From positions 2,470 to 66,469 of the forward strand of contig CAYLMU010000003.1 of NCBI GenBank assembly GCA_964385105.1: a stretch of DNA of 64,000 bases, written 5' to 3'. The stretch's first letter is position 1, and every line of letters begins with the position of its first letter. This DNA is from an uncultured Candidatus Saccharibacteria bacterium (GTDB lineage Bacteria > Patescibacteriota > WWE3 > UBA101185 > UBA10185). Position numbers and translations under genes: made by a program. The notes below the pieces were generated by a model. That model saw only the letters and a list, made by a program, of their open reading frames with translations, was not told where the DNA came from and did not search any database. Positions 41,306 through 50,626 of the stretch are shown here, piece after piece.

Positions 41306-42919
41306 TTATTTCACCCCGATTACGGTAAGTTCGGCATAACTGCCATTCCACTCACCAGTGTCGAAATTCCAAATGTCCAGAGTATAACTCCATTCTTTTG
41401 GAATCAGCGAATAATCATAGCCACGAATACTATAAACAGCATCATAGCCGTACTTGGCGCCCATCTCAACAATATTTACATCTACGCTATTGGCACCAAC
41501 TGTCAGGAATTCGCCTACAAAAGCCTCACCGGGTTCGAGATATGCAACTTCAACTTCAAATGCTTCTGCGCCTGCGGCAACAGTGTGAACTCCTTCTTGC
41601 GGCTCGGCATAGTAATTGAAGTCGATATTTGCCACAAAATCAGTTCCGTGCCCATTCAACATCACCTCTTGGGGGGAACAAATTCCAATCCCGCCGTCTA
41701 CTGTACTGCCAGGAATACTATACCCATACAAGGGTACAATAAAAGGCAGACTCGGATAGTTGAAGTTATCCCAACACTCATCACGTGGAGTAACAAATAT
41801 GGGAAGGTTCACCGAGAAGCTTTCTTCGACGGGTGGTGGCTCTGGGGTTTCTGTTGGACCCGGTGTAGGTGTTGGCTCTGGTTCAACTGTCTGAGTCGCA
41901 AGGTAGTTTTGTCCTAAACCACTTGTGTCCCAAGCTACACCTTCAACAAGGTTACCAGTAGTGAAATCGTGCATGTGGGTATAACCACTACTTAGATAAC
42001 CAAAACCGGTAGCTTGAATGTAGTTCCATCCATCATAGGCAAATGTGAGTACATTCACCGGAAATTCCTCCGCCGTTAAACTCATACCAGCATAAGCAGT
42101 CATTTGCTCTCCGGCAGAAAGTTGGCTACGATGTGCAGTGTACTCAACAGTACCCGCTACTACGTTTACGGTTCCTTCCGGGACTTCAGCAATGTAGTTG
42201 TAACGTTCCTGCTCAGAATATTGAGTCTCAATGCCATTGACAAAGGGTGCCACAGACGAGCATATGCCCATCATATTTCCTTCATCTTCTAGCATAAGTA
42301 CACTGCCATCGAAACGAGCTGTTTCAAGACAAGTATCATCCGCGGGATTTATGTCTATGACATAAGAGAAAAGCAAGGGCCTTTCCCATTCAGCCCAAGG
42401 ATAATTTTCCATGGAAACCCATGCGCGCTCACTCCACTTCCAACCATGCGTGTAACCTTCACTATCAAACCCATATCCAGCAACAGCTACGTTCACACGC
42501 AACATCGTTGCAGTTTCCTGAGTTACATAGTGAGCAAGGTTAATAGGATCTGTACCTGGTGCGAACCGTAATGGGCCATCGACAAATTCTTCCCCGGTGA
42601 CCAAACGATATGTGTCAACTGAATAGCTAACATTTCCTGCTTGAATCACATGGGGATTTTGCCAATTTGCTACCTCTTGTTGGAAATTGTACAAATCCAG
42701 ATCGCCCGCATAACCTGCGGGCTCGCCGTCGACTTCCACCGGTTCCGAAGAACAAATATTAGCCACGACGGGATAAAACTCATCTTTCAAGGTTAGCGCG
42801 CCATCAAAGGGCACATTTGCATTGCAAATAGCCTCCGGGACATCGGGTGATGCCACAACAGCACTACCCACTACCAAAAGTAGCAATACCAGTATAAAAC
42901 CAGCAATTCGCGATTTCAT
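41306..42919 (-). CDS. Secreted acidic hypothetical protein with a Pro/Thr linker
   Basis: Signal peptide; EPEPTPTPGPTETPEPP; GAGGAG SD; higher GC than core genes. Confidence 0.75.
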   Translation of the reverse strand: MKSRIAGFILVLLLLVVGSAVVASPDVPEAICNANVPFDGALTLKDEFYPVVANICSSEPVEVDGEPAGYAGDLDLYNFQQEVANWQNPHVIQAGNVSYSVDTYRLVTGEEFVDGPLRFAPGTDPINLAHYVTQETATMLRVNVAVAGYGFDSEGYTHGWKWSERAWVSMENYPWAEWERPLLFSYVIDINPADDTCLETARFDGSVLMLEDEGNMMGICSSVAPFVNGIETQYSEQERYNYIAEVPEGTVNVVAGTVEYTAHRSQLSAGEQMTAYAGMSLTAEEFPVNVLTFAYDGWNYIQATGFGYLSSGYTHMHDFTTGNLVEGVAWDTSGLGQNYLATQTVEPEPTPTPGPTETPEPPPVEESFSVNLPIFVTPRDECWDNFNYPSLPFIVPLYGYSIPGSTVDGGIGICSPQEVMLNGHGTDFVANIDFNYYAEPQEGVHTVAAGAEAFEVEVAYLEPGEAFVGEFLTVGANSVDVNIVEMGAKYGYDAVYSIRGYDYSLIPKEWSYTLDIWNFDTGEWNGSYAELTVIGVK

Positions 42920-43008
42920 CGAATCTCCTCTACTAGTTCTTTTTGTTTTTAAAGTTCTTTATCTAAAGCTTTGATATTATATCATACCTATAGGTTATTT
43001 TCACCTTA

Positions 43009-43869
43009 GTGATTACTTTATTTGTTAAAAATCAGGCTATAATAATAAGCATGGCACAGTATAAAGTAAATGGCGTTTTACTATTTGTTTTACTTATAGG
43101 TCTTTTGGGTATTTCTTTACATGGAAGACCCATCCCTAGAGATAAGGAAATGTACAAAAAAATCGGTAGATTTGAGGTCAGACCCTATAAATACGGGTTA
43201 TACCTAACCCAGCCAGCATCAAATGTTTTTTATAATATTTCCCCTTACGATTTTTATTATCTGGAACCTCAAGGGCAAGAGCATAGACTACTTGAAAGAG
43301 GTTCTACTGAAGTATTTAGCAATGAATACTGGCTCACACAAAGTTCAAGTTCTTTCCCAGCAAAGCTTAGTAGTGTCTTGAGTTACTTTAACTATCAAAA
43401 TCCTAAAAGTACGTTCTTGATTCCAAACGAAAAAACAGTGTTACTTTCTGAAAAAATAAATAATAGCTTGTTTGTCACACTTTCTCAATATTCAATTGAT
43501 ATACCCACGAATAATGTAACAATGACCTTGAGCTTTAACTCAAATGACTTCATTTTTGATGATTCGGGAAACTTATATAATAACCCCCTACCTGAAGATG
43601 TCAGTGATTTTGTTAAAGTTACTCAATTCCCACTAAAATACTATCAATTTGAAAGTCCTAAACGTTATATTGTAGGTCAACAATACTTATTTATAGCTAA
43701 CAGAAGCGTACCAGGAGTAATAAGAATAAACTTACATGACCCTCAATACGATGTTGTTTATGTAAATTTGGAAAAACAACTAATAGAATTCGACATAAAA
43801 AACCTGGAAAATGCTAAAGTAAAAGTTGAACTATATGATTCTCTAGAAAGGGCAAGGAATGACCGATGA
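43009..43869 (+). CDS. Hypothetical membrane-anchored protein
   Basis: Long ORF with N-terminal TM; ATGA overlap with the next gene. True start possibly 43051. Confidence 0.65.
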   Translation: MITLFVKNQAIIISMAQYKVNGVLLFVLLIGLLGISLHGRPIPRDKEMYKKIGRFEVRPYKYGLYLTQPASNVFYNISPYDFYYLEPQGQEHRLLERGSTEVFSNEYWLTQSSSSFPAKLSSVLSYFNYQNPKSTFLIPNEKTVLLSEKINNSLFVTLSQYSIDIPTNNVTMTLSFNSNDFIFDDSGNLYNNPLPEDVSDFVKVTQFPLKYYQFESPKRYIVGQQYLFIANRSVPGVIRINLHDPQYDVVYVNLEKQLIEFDIKNLENAKVKVELYDSLERARNDR

Positions 43870-45809
43870 TTATTAATTCCTTCATCTCAGCATTATCATT
43901 TTATATAATTCCAGTTTTTATTGGTTATGCGATTGTTAGATTAAAAAATGTGCCTTTTAAAGATGAACTATCATCCGAGAAAACGTTAACCGTAAAAATC
44001 CTTGATCAATTTAGGTATTTTACATATGGCTCATTAGGAATTTATGTAATTTTTTGTGCTGCATTGTTGGGCAAAAATAATGGTTTGGGTATAGAGTTTA
44101 CTCATGCAACAATATTCATCACACTCTTATTTTTGATATATATACCTTTGTTAATAGTAGGTCTTATACCCTATTTCAAAAACATTAAGAATTTGAACAT
44201 CTTTGACATCCTCGACATTTTATTTTTAATCATGATTGCATTATTAACATATGCAATATGGAGATGGGATAGCGGCATTAATACCACCCTAAATTGGGAC
44301 ATATATCACCATCAAACACTTGCAACGCTAATCCAAGGTAACAATTTTGACATTGTTACTTCTAATTTATCCGATTCATTTCAATTCGATGGCTACTCTA
44401 CCCTGTTTCACACACAAGTCGCTATAACCCAAAAAATATTCAATCCTGATTTATTGGCATACTGGTGGTTTATTGAACTCTTTCATCTATTTACTACAGT
44501 AGCCGTCTCCTTTGCCCTGGCATTTGCTGTTACAAAAAAAAGATGGGTTTCATATATAGGAGCTATTATAGGTGCATTAATCTTTGAATCAGCTGTATCA
44601 TACACTTCGCTATTTCTCATACCTCAAAATCTCGCTGCGACCGTTACAGTGGGCTACATAGCATCAATAATCAATAGATATGCCCAATCACGGGATACTT
44701 CAAAGATTCTAACAATTGACTTTGTAGTTTATATTTTTTATATAATGCTCAGCCATATAGTAATTGGAACATTAGGTGTATTTTTAGTGGCATTTTCAAA
44801 AGTATATTTGTTGCTTAAAAGTATAAACAAAGGGAAATCCATTCAAGGAGTATTATTTGTCTTGTCATTTATATTGTTGATAATAGTACCTTTGATTGCT
44901 CAACAGTTTGACTTGAACAATATAAACCGTGGGGAAGCTGAATTCTTTAATTACACACTTGAAGAAAAGTACAATTTAATGAAACAATTTTATGGTTTCA
45001 GTCTTGTATTTCTACCACTTGGTTATATATATGCGATTAGGCAAAAAAATCATTCTTATAATCTGCTTTTAATCATTACAAACGGTTTACTAGCATTAAT
45101 TATTGCGCACATCCCTTACTCTCTTAAATTCTTTACACTAGGGAGATTCACAGTTCATACTGTTATGGCATTAGGGGTATGGCTAATAATCCAACACTTT
45201 AATAAATATATAAAATTTTTAAGTTTAAAACTAATTTATTTAACATTCAGTGCGATTTTTGTAATTAATATTTCGGATTACAAGCAAGTACCTGCCTACA
45301 AAGAAATTTCTACACACGTAACACAAAATGAGATAGACGCAGCTAATTTTTTGAAATCTAATTACACCGGACACAATATACTTTTAGTATCAGATCCAGC
45401 TACTATGCATATTCTAGAGGGGTTAAGCGGTATAAACTCTCCCGGTGGTTCATATACAAGCCTTCACACCCGAGAAGTGCTTTCAGATGTCTACTTTATA
45501 CGCGACGAACAAATCACCCAAAAGTTGTTTCAAATAAGAGATGGTGTCGTAGATACTGAACCTGACAAGATTTTATTTGTTATAAGCGGTAGATTCAGCA
45601 AATGGCAACTAGGCGGTAACGTTGACAAGTTTGGTATACATTGGAACATATGGTCCCCTTTTGACTTGTCATCAAAGGATTTAGAAGACCACGATTTTAT
45701 TTATTATTTGAGAGAAAACTTAAGATATAATGAAGTGTTTAGAAATGAGGGCTTGATTATATTTGAAATAGAAAAACCTCCTATTACTACAGTTGTACAG
45801 AGTCAATAA
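43866..45809 (+). CDS. Polytopic membrane protein, probable GT-C-fold glycosyltransferase
   Basis: Many TMs, NWDIYHH loop, C-terminal soluble domain (E..AA.FL..., VSDP), near GT2/GT4 genes. Confidence 0.6.
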   Translation: MIINSFISALSFYIIPVFIGYAIVRLKNVPFKDELSSEKTLTVKILDQFRYFTYGSLGIYVIFCAALLGKNNGLGIEFTHATIFITLLFLIYIPLLIVGLIPYFKNIKNLNIFDILDILFLIMIALLTYAIWRWDSGINTTLNWDIYHHQTLATLIQGNNFDIVTSNLSDSFQFDGYSTLFHTQVAITQKIFNPDLLAYWWFIELFHLFTTVAVSFALAFAVTKKRWVSYIGAIIGALIFESAVSYTSLFLIPQNLAATVTVGYIASIINRYAQSRDTSKILTIDFVVYIFYIMLSHIVIGTLGVFLVAFSKVYLLLKSINKGKSIQGVLFVLSFILLIIVPLIAQQFDLNNINRGEAEFFNYTLEEKYNLMKQFYGFSLVFLPLGYIYAIRQKNHSYNLLLIITNGLLALIIAHIPYSLKFFTLGRFTVHTVMALGVWLIIQHFNKYIKFLSLKLIYLTFSAIFVINISDYKQVPAYKEISTHVTQNEIDAANFLKSNYTGHNILLVSDPATMHILEGLSGINSPGGSYTSLHTREVLSDVYFIRDEQITQKLFQIRDGVVDTEPDKILFVISGRFSKWQLGGNVDKFGIHWNIWSPFDLSSKDLEDHDFIYYLRENLRYNEVFRNEGLIIFEIEKPPITTVVQSQ

Positions 45810-45920
45810 ATTAACTTAACAGTTTTTTTGCAAAAAAATAGCCGACTATATGATGAAAACTTCCCCAAAGGGTCGCAATCTTTCAAATAGTCGGCTAAAA
45901 GGCCTATACGGCAATCGGGC

Positions 45921-46811
45921 TTACTGAGAAGGCAAAGGCCAGTTGTCGACCGAAGTCCACTTCTCGCCTTGCCAAAACTGCACTTGGCCATTGTCAACCA
46001 CAATGCGAACATCGTAGTGACCATCCCAGTCGGCAGGGAATGCGAGTTGATACACGCCACCGCCTTCGAGGATTTGACATTCGCCATTTACACAAACAGT
46101 GCCGTTAAAGCCCTGCGCAAACCAACCGAGTCCCAAAGGACTATTGCCGGCGTTTGCCACAGTGTATGGATCGGGGTTAACCTCATTGCTGGCAGCAAGA
46201 TCGCGCCAAAGGTCAAACTCCAAAATCCCTGATCCACTCACGGTCATCTGTGTCGGGTGCGGCCACTGAATCTTCAAATCATCACCATCACTGGTCTGCC
46301 AATTGCAGAAAACAGCAGTCCAGGGCAAGTTCTTCAGATTCGTCGCCTGCCATACCCGTCCGCAATCATCGACTTCATAGTCATCGGAAGGTAGGGTGAC
46401 ATCTGTCGCCCACTCTCCGAATCCCTCACCACCAGGCGTGTAGGTGAATACCTCAGTCGCCATGATGCTGTTGAAATCGGTCAAGAGGATCGGGCCAGTA
46501 CCTCCGCTGGTGGCAGTGGTTGTTACTGGTTCTGTAACTGCTGGTTCTGGTGTTTCAGCAGGCCGAGTCAGAAAAATTGTTTCGCCTTCCTCAGTAACGA
46601 TTTCAGTAACGACACGTGTCACTTCAACCACTGGCTGCTCACCTCCCCCAGTCAAGTTGTTGAACAGTTGTGCCAAATTTTGGCCACCAGCCTCAAGACC
46701 GGAAGTGCTTGCTCCAGAAACAAAACCAACGGTAAGTGGCCAACAAACAAAAGCGATAAACAACATAAGAATTACAAAACCGATCAACTTTCCTACGGTT
46801 ACTCGTGTCAT
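45921..46811 (-). CDS. Membrane-anchored/secreted hypothetical protein, higher GC
   Basis: N-terminal TM, VEVTRVV and Thr/Pro linker, GGAGG SD. Confidence 0.75.
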   Translation of the reverse strand: MTRVTVGKLIGFVILMLFIAFVCWPLTVGFVSGASTSGLEAGGQNLAQLFNNLTGGGEQPVVEVTRVVTEIVTEEGETIFLTRPAETPEPAVTEPVTTTATSGGTGPILLTDFNSIMATEVFTYTPGGEGFGEWATDVTLPSDDYEVDDCGRVWQATNLKNLPWTAVFCNWQTSDGDDLKIQWPHPTQMTVSGSGILEFDLWRDLAASNEVNPDPYTVANAGNSPLGLGWFAQGFNGTVCVNGECQILEGGGVYQLAFPADWDGHYDVRIVVDNGQVQFWQGEKWTSVDNWPLPSQ

Positions 46812-46858
46812 GTCATATCCTCCAATATTGAGCTACTGTTTAAATGGTTTCTGTTTAA

Positions 46859-47299
46859 CTAACGAAGAAACTGAAAGGTCAAAACGTACTTGATTCCTTC
46901 CCACACTCCGTCTTTGCTACCGTTGCTGGAATTAGTTGGAGGATTTTTACCTGCTAAATCTGCATTTTTGACACGCGGATTAGCTTTGAACTCCTTACCG
47001 AACTCATTCTCAACATCTGTAGTAACATCAACGTTTTTTTGACCTAGGAAATTTTCAAGCTCGTCCGAAATTACATCCGAAACGCCATCAAATCTCTCCA
47101 AGTCACCCACCTTGGATTCGCCCCAAGAAGGGAGCGTAAGGGAACTGATCAATGCCTTGCATAAGTCCTCAATCGTTACCCAACCCTTATTCAGACATAC
47201 ATCTTTCGCTGCACGCGAAAGTTCCAAGTCTGGAATGGATTGGATTGATGTTGTAAGTCCATAACGCACACCAACTACTAATTTGCCTGTTACTGCCAT
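46859..47299 (-). CDS. Hypothetical protein with weak RNA polymerase alpha-CTD-like segment
   Basis: GGAGG SD before ATG 47299; IPDLELSRAAKDVCLNKGWVTIEDL. Confidence 0.6.
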   Translation of the reverse strand: MAVTGKLVVGVRYGLTTSIQSIPDLELSRAAKDVCLNKGWVTIEDLCKALISSLTLPSWGESKVGDLERFDGVSDVISDELENFLGQKNVDVTTDVENEFGKEFKANPRVKNADLAGKNPPTNSSNGSKDGVWEGIKYVLTFQFLR

Positions 47300-47466
47300 G
47301 GTTTTTACCTCCATTTTTTTTGCCGTATATTTTTTTGTCAAATTCATCAATATGCCCAAAAATCAGGCAAATTGCTGATACATAAACTCGCTAAAAGTTC
47401 ATTTATCAACAATCTGACTATAAATCTCTATTTGGGCAATAATAGAAACACACGGTTAATGTGAGA

Positions 47467-47495
47467 ATTCTATACTACAATAACTGATTTGTCAA
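47467..47495 (-). promoter_or_regulatory. Sigma70 promoter
   Basis: TTGACA-17 nt-TAGAAT. Confidence 0.7.
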
Positions 47496-47559
47496 CACTA
47501 TAGGGTTTAATATATTAGCCACACCTTCCAAAATAAAAAAAGAAGCTGACGGAAATAAA

Positions 47560-47826
47560 TCATCAGCTTCTTAGGATGCTACCCCAACTCCTTACCGTTA
47601 ATATCCGTGGGTTTACATCTCCTCTCATGTATTTAAATACCTTCTCAATGACTTCCGTGTCTATCCAAATAGACTCTATTATGCTCTTTCACATCATGTC
47701 CAACTGTTAACACAAAGATGAAGCAACTTTTCTACCTCTTCATCAAAAAAAAGGACTGACATATTGATAATCCTCAGAAGAATTATGGGTACGTTTAACT
47801 AAAACCGGCATCTCACACACTCCTTA
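47560..47826 (-). pseudogene. Possible decayed orphan gene
   Basis: AAGGAG SD plus ATG (MPVLVKRTHNSSEDYQYVSPFF*) stops in an 8-T run. Fragmentary frames continue to a terminator hairpin at 47535-47572. Confidence 0.3.
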
Positions 47827-48260
47827 TACACTCACCAGTAAATTTTTAAGCAGCATAAAACCACATAAACCTTTTCATTGCACACATTAACTATTCTTCT
47901 TACACACCTCTAACACAACTCAAAAACTTCTTTAAAACACCATCATTTGTCATAGCCGTCTGCTAAAGTGGCTCAAATTTCAATGTACATCGCTTGTTTA
48001 GCAAAAATATTTTGATAAAGTGATAATATTCCTGCTTCTCCTGTCCAGAAGCATGATCTTATAACTTAGTCATGTTTTTTATTTGACTAATGTTCCGTAA
48101 AAAACGCTCTGTGGTTGTCGCACTGAGTCGCTCCTTATGGAGCGTTTTTTATAAATCGCAATTAACGTTAATTTATAGAAAGCCTTCACAAATTAGCCCA
48201 AAATAGTTTTATCCCAAGCATCGCTCAAAAAGTATCTTGTCTCTTGCTCCTAAAACCTGC

Positions 48261-49208
48261 TTACCCATTTAACTCACCAAACACCATTTTTCCCGCCGGA
48301 GTTTGTATTAACTTAGAGACTGTAACTAAAACCTCTTCTTCAACCTTGTTTGAAGCAGCACTAACAACAACCATTGTTCCATCTTCCAAATACCCAACTC
48401 CTTGGCCCGGTTCTTTACCTTCATGCACGATTTTTATGTGCAATTGCTCCCCCGGTACAAATACCGGTTTTATTGCTTCAGCCAGTAGATTTAAGTTTAA
48501 AACTTTTATTCCCGATACTTTTGCTACTTTGTTTAAATTGAAATCCAAAGTCATTATGCTTAAGTTGTATTTTTTTGCGAGATTAACAAGCTCTTTGTCT
48601 ACTCCTTGTTCGTTGTCTTTGTTACGCATTATATGTACTTTGGTAGCTTTTTTAAGTTCACCAATTAAATCAAGCCCCCTGCGACCTTTGCTTCGTTTTA
48701 GGTCATTTTTGTTGTCGGCCAGCAAATGAAGTTCGTCTATCACAGAATCCGGTATAACCAAAATACTTTGAATAAATCCTGCCTGAGCAATTCCAAGAAT
48801 TCGACCATCAATTAATACCGATGTATCAATTAAAACCCCATCTTTTAGCTTAGATTTTAGTTTATCTTCTTTTTCTTTCTTTTTGGATTTGGAATCTTTT
48901 TTGCGCTGATCTCTCGCATCTTCCATTTTTTTCATGTATTGATTCCAAAAGTCTCCCACCAGTTTTTGTATGGTGGCTGAAACTAAAGCTTCAAGCCAAT
49001 CTTTTATTATAAAAAAATATTTTGGAACGAGGTAAAATCCAATTAAGCCTGTAGCCACGGATATTATGGTCTCAGCAACAAACGGTACACCAAAAAGCGG
49101 ATACTCATTGAAAAATATGGAATTTGAAAAAATCAGCCCCGCCGTAAACATTATTGCGGCTATTGATAATCTAACTATTAAATTAAATGTTCGTTCATTT
49201 TTGTTCAT
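48261..49208 (-). CDS. Membrane-anchored PIN/TRAM protein (YacL-like)
   Basis: Two TMs; IDTSVLIDGRI, KGRRGLD, TLDFNLNKVA, GKEPGQGVGYLEDGTMVVV, QTPAGKMVF. Confidence 0.92.
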   Translation of the reverse strand: MNKNERTFNLIVRLSIAAIMFTAGLIFSNSIFFNEYPLFGVPFVAETIISVATGLIGFYLVPKYFFIIKDWLEALVSATIQKLVGDFWNQYMKKMEDARDQRKKDSKSKKKEKEDKLKSKLKDGVLIDTSVLIDGRILGIAQAGFIQSILVIPDSVIDELHLLADNKNDLKRSKGRRGLDLIGELKKATKVHIMRNKDNEQGVDKELVNLAKKYNLSIMTLDFNLNKVAKVSGIKVLNLNLLAEAIKPVFVPGEQLHIKIVHEGKEPGQGVGYLEDGTMVVVSAASNKVEEEVLVTVSKLIQTPAGKMVFGELNG

Positions 49209-49209
49209 T

Positions 49210-50565
49210 TCATCTCTGTTTATTTATAAATGACTTGTTAATGGCGTCTCGAATGGTTTTTGTATTTGAAGGATTTATTACATTATTGTACCCCAGTTTG
49301 TTGGCTTCTTTAACTCTTTTTTCTTCCGACGGAACTCTTCTAATTTCACCCAAAAGCCCTGTTTCGCCAAATGCGACTGTGCCTTTAGGTAAAGGCTTAT
49401 CTTTAAGTGACGAGGCTATAGCTAAGCAAACCGCCATATCAGCAGCATATTCGTCTATTTTAAAGCCTCCTGCTACATTAACGTAAACATCATGGTTTGA
49501 TAAGTTTAATCCCGCTCTTTTTTCTAAAACAGCAATAAGCACTTTAAGCCTGTTTACGTTAAAACCGCTTGTTGTTCTTACAGGATAGCCAAATGCGGTT
49601 TTGGTAGTTAAAGCCTGAATTTCAAAAAGCAAGGGTCTATAACCTTCCATAACAACTGTTGTACACGACCCCGGAACATTACTGTTGCTATCTTTTAAAA
49701 ACAATTCAGAGGGGTTTGTTACCTCATTTAACCCCTCTTCTGTCATTTCAAATATACCAACCTCCGAAACAGGCCCAAATCGGTTTTTTGTGGTTTTTAA
49801 GATTCTAAACATATGCTGGGCATCACCTTCAAGATACAACACTGTATCTACCAAATGTTCTAAAACTTTTGGACCGGCAATTGAGCCCTCTTTTGTCACA
49901 TGTCCAATTAAAATCATTGGTATTCCAAGCTTTTTTGCAGTTTGTGCCAAAATTTGCGCTCCTAATTTTACTTGACCTACAGACCCTGCTATACCGGTTA
50001 ATTCGTCACTCACAAGAGTTTGTATTGAGTCAACAATAATTAACCCTACTTCTTCTTCACCGGCAGTATGTTCAACAGTTCTTGCAATTAGGTCTGCGTT
50101 TGTTTCAGAAATAGTTAACAAATTTTGCGGTTCATAATTCATTCTGTCTGCTCGTAATTTAATTTGCTCAGGACTTTCTTCACCGGCTACATATATAACT
50201 GTAGATTTTTCATTATTTTCGTTTGTCATACTTTTTGATATTTGGGTAAGTATAGTACTCTTTCCAATTCCCGGCTCCCCTGATAAAAGAATAACCTGTC
50301 CATTTACAAAACCACCTCCTAATACTCTATTAAATTCATTAATTCCTGATGACACCCTTTGTACTTTTTTAGGCTTAACATCAGATAATCTTTGGGTTCT
50401 GGCTACAGACCCCCCAGACGCGGATTTTGCTGATTTACCGGCAGTATTTTGTACCAACGTCTCTTCAAATGTATTCCATTCACCGCAATCAGGGCATTGA
50501 CCCATCCATTTTGGGCTTTCAAATGCACAGTTTTGGCAAACATATAAAGATTTTAGCTTTGCCAT
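49210..50565 (-). CDS. radA: DNA repair protein RadA/Sms
   Basis: CxxC..W.GQCPDC zinc finger, GEPGIGKST, KNRFG. Confidence 0.97.
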   Translation of the reverse strand: MAKLKSLYVCQNCAFESPKWMGQCPDCGEWNTFEETLVQNTAGKSAKSASGGSVARTQRLSDVKPKKVQRVSSGINEFNRVLGGGFVNGQVILLSGEPGIGKSTILTQISKSMTNENNEKSTVIYVAGEESPEQIKLRADRMNYEPQNLLTISETNADLIARTVEHTAGEEEVGLIIVDSIQTLVSDELTGIAGSVGQVKLGAQILAQTAKKLGIPMILIGHVTKEGSIAGPKVLEHLVDTVLYLEGDAQHMFRILKTTKNRFGPVSEVGIFEMTEEGLNEVTNPSELFLKDSNSNVPGSCTTVVMEGYRPLLFEIQALTTKTAFGYPVRTTSGFNVNRLKVLIAVLEKRAGLNLSNHDVYVNVAGGFKIDEYAADMAVCLAIASSLKDKPLPKGTVAFGETGLLGEIRRVPSEEKRVKEANKLGYNNVINPSNTKTIRDAINKSFINKQR

Positions 50566-50626
50566 ATGTTCATAATATCACTTGTGAGTTAAAGGTGAGT
50601 TAGAGAATTCTCGTAAAACAAGAACA

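Noticed and set aside
48244-48729. 161-aa + strand ORF and similar antisense ORFs within rho, radA, ftsH and the LamG gene
   Set aside because: Shadows of well-supported genes on the opposite strand.
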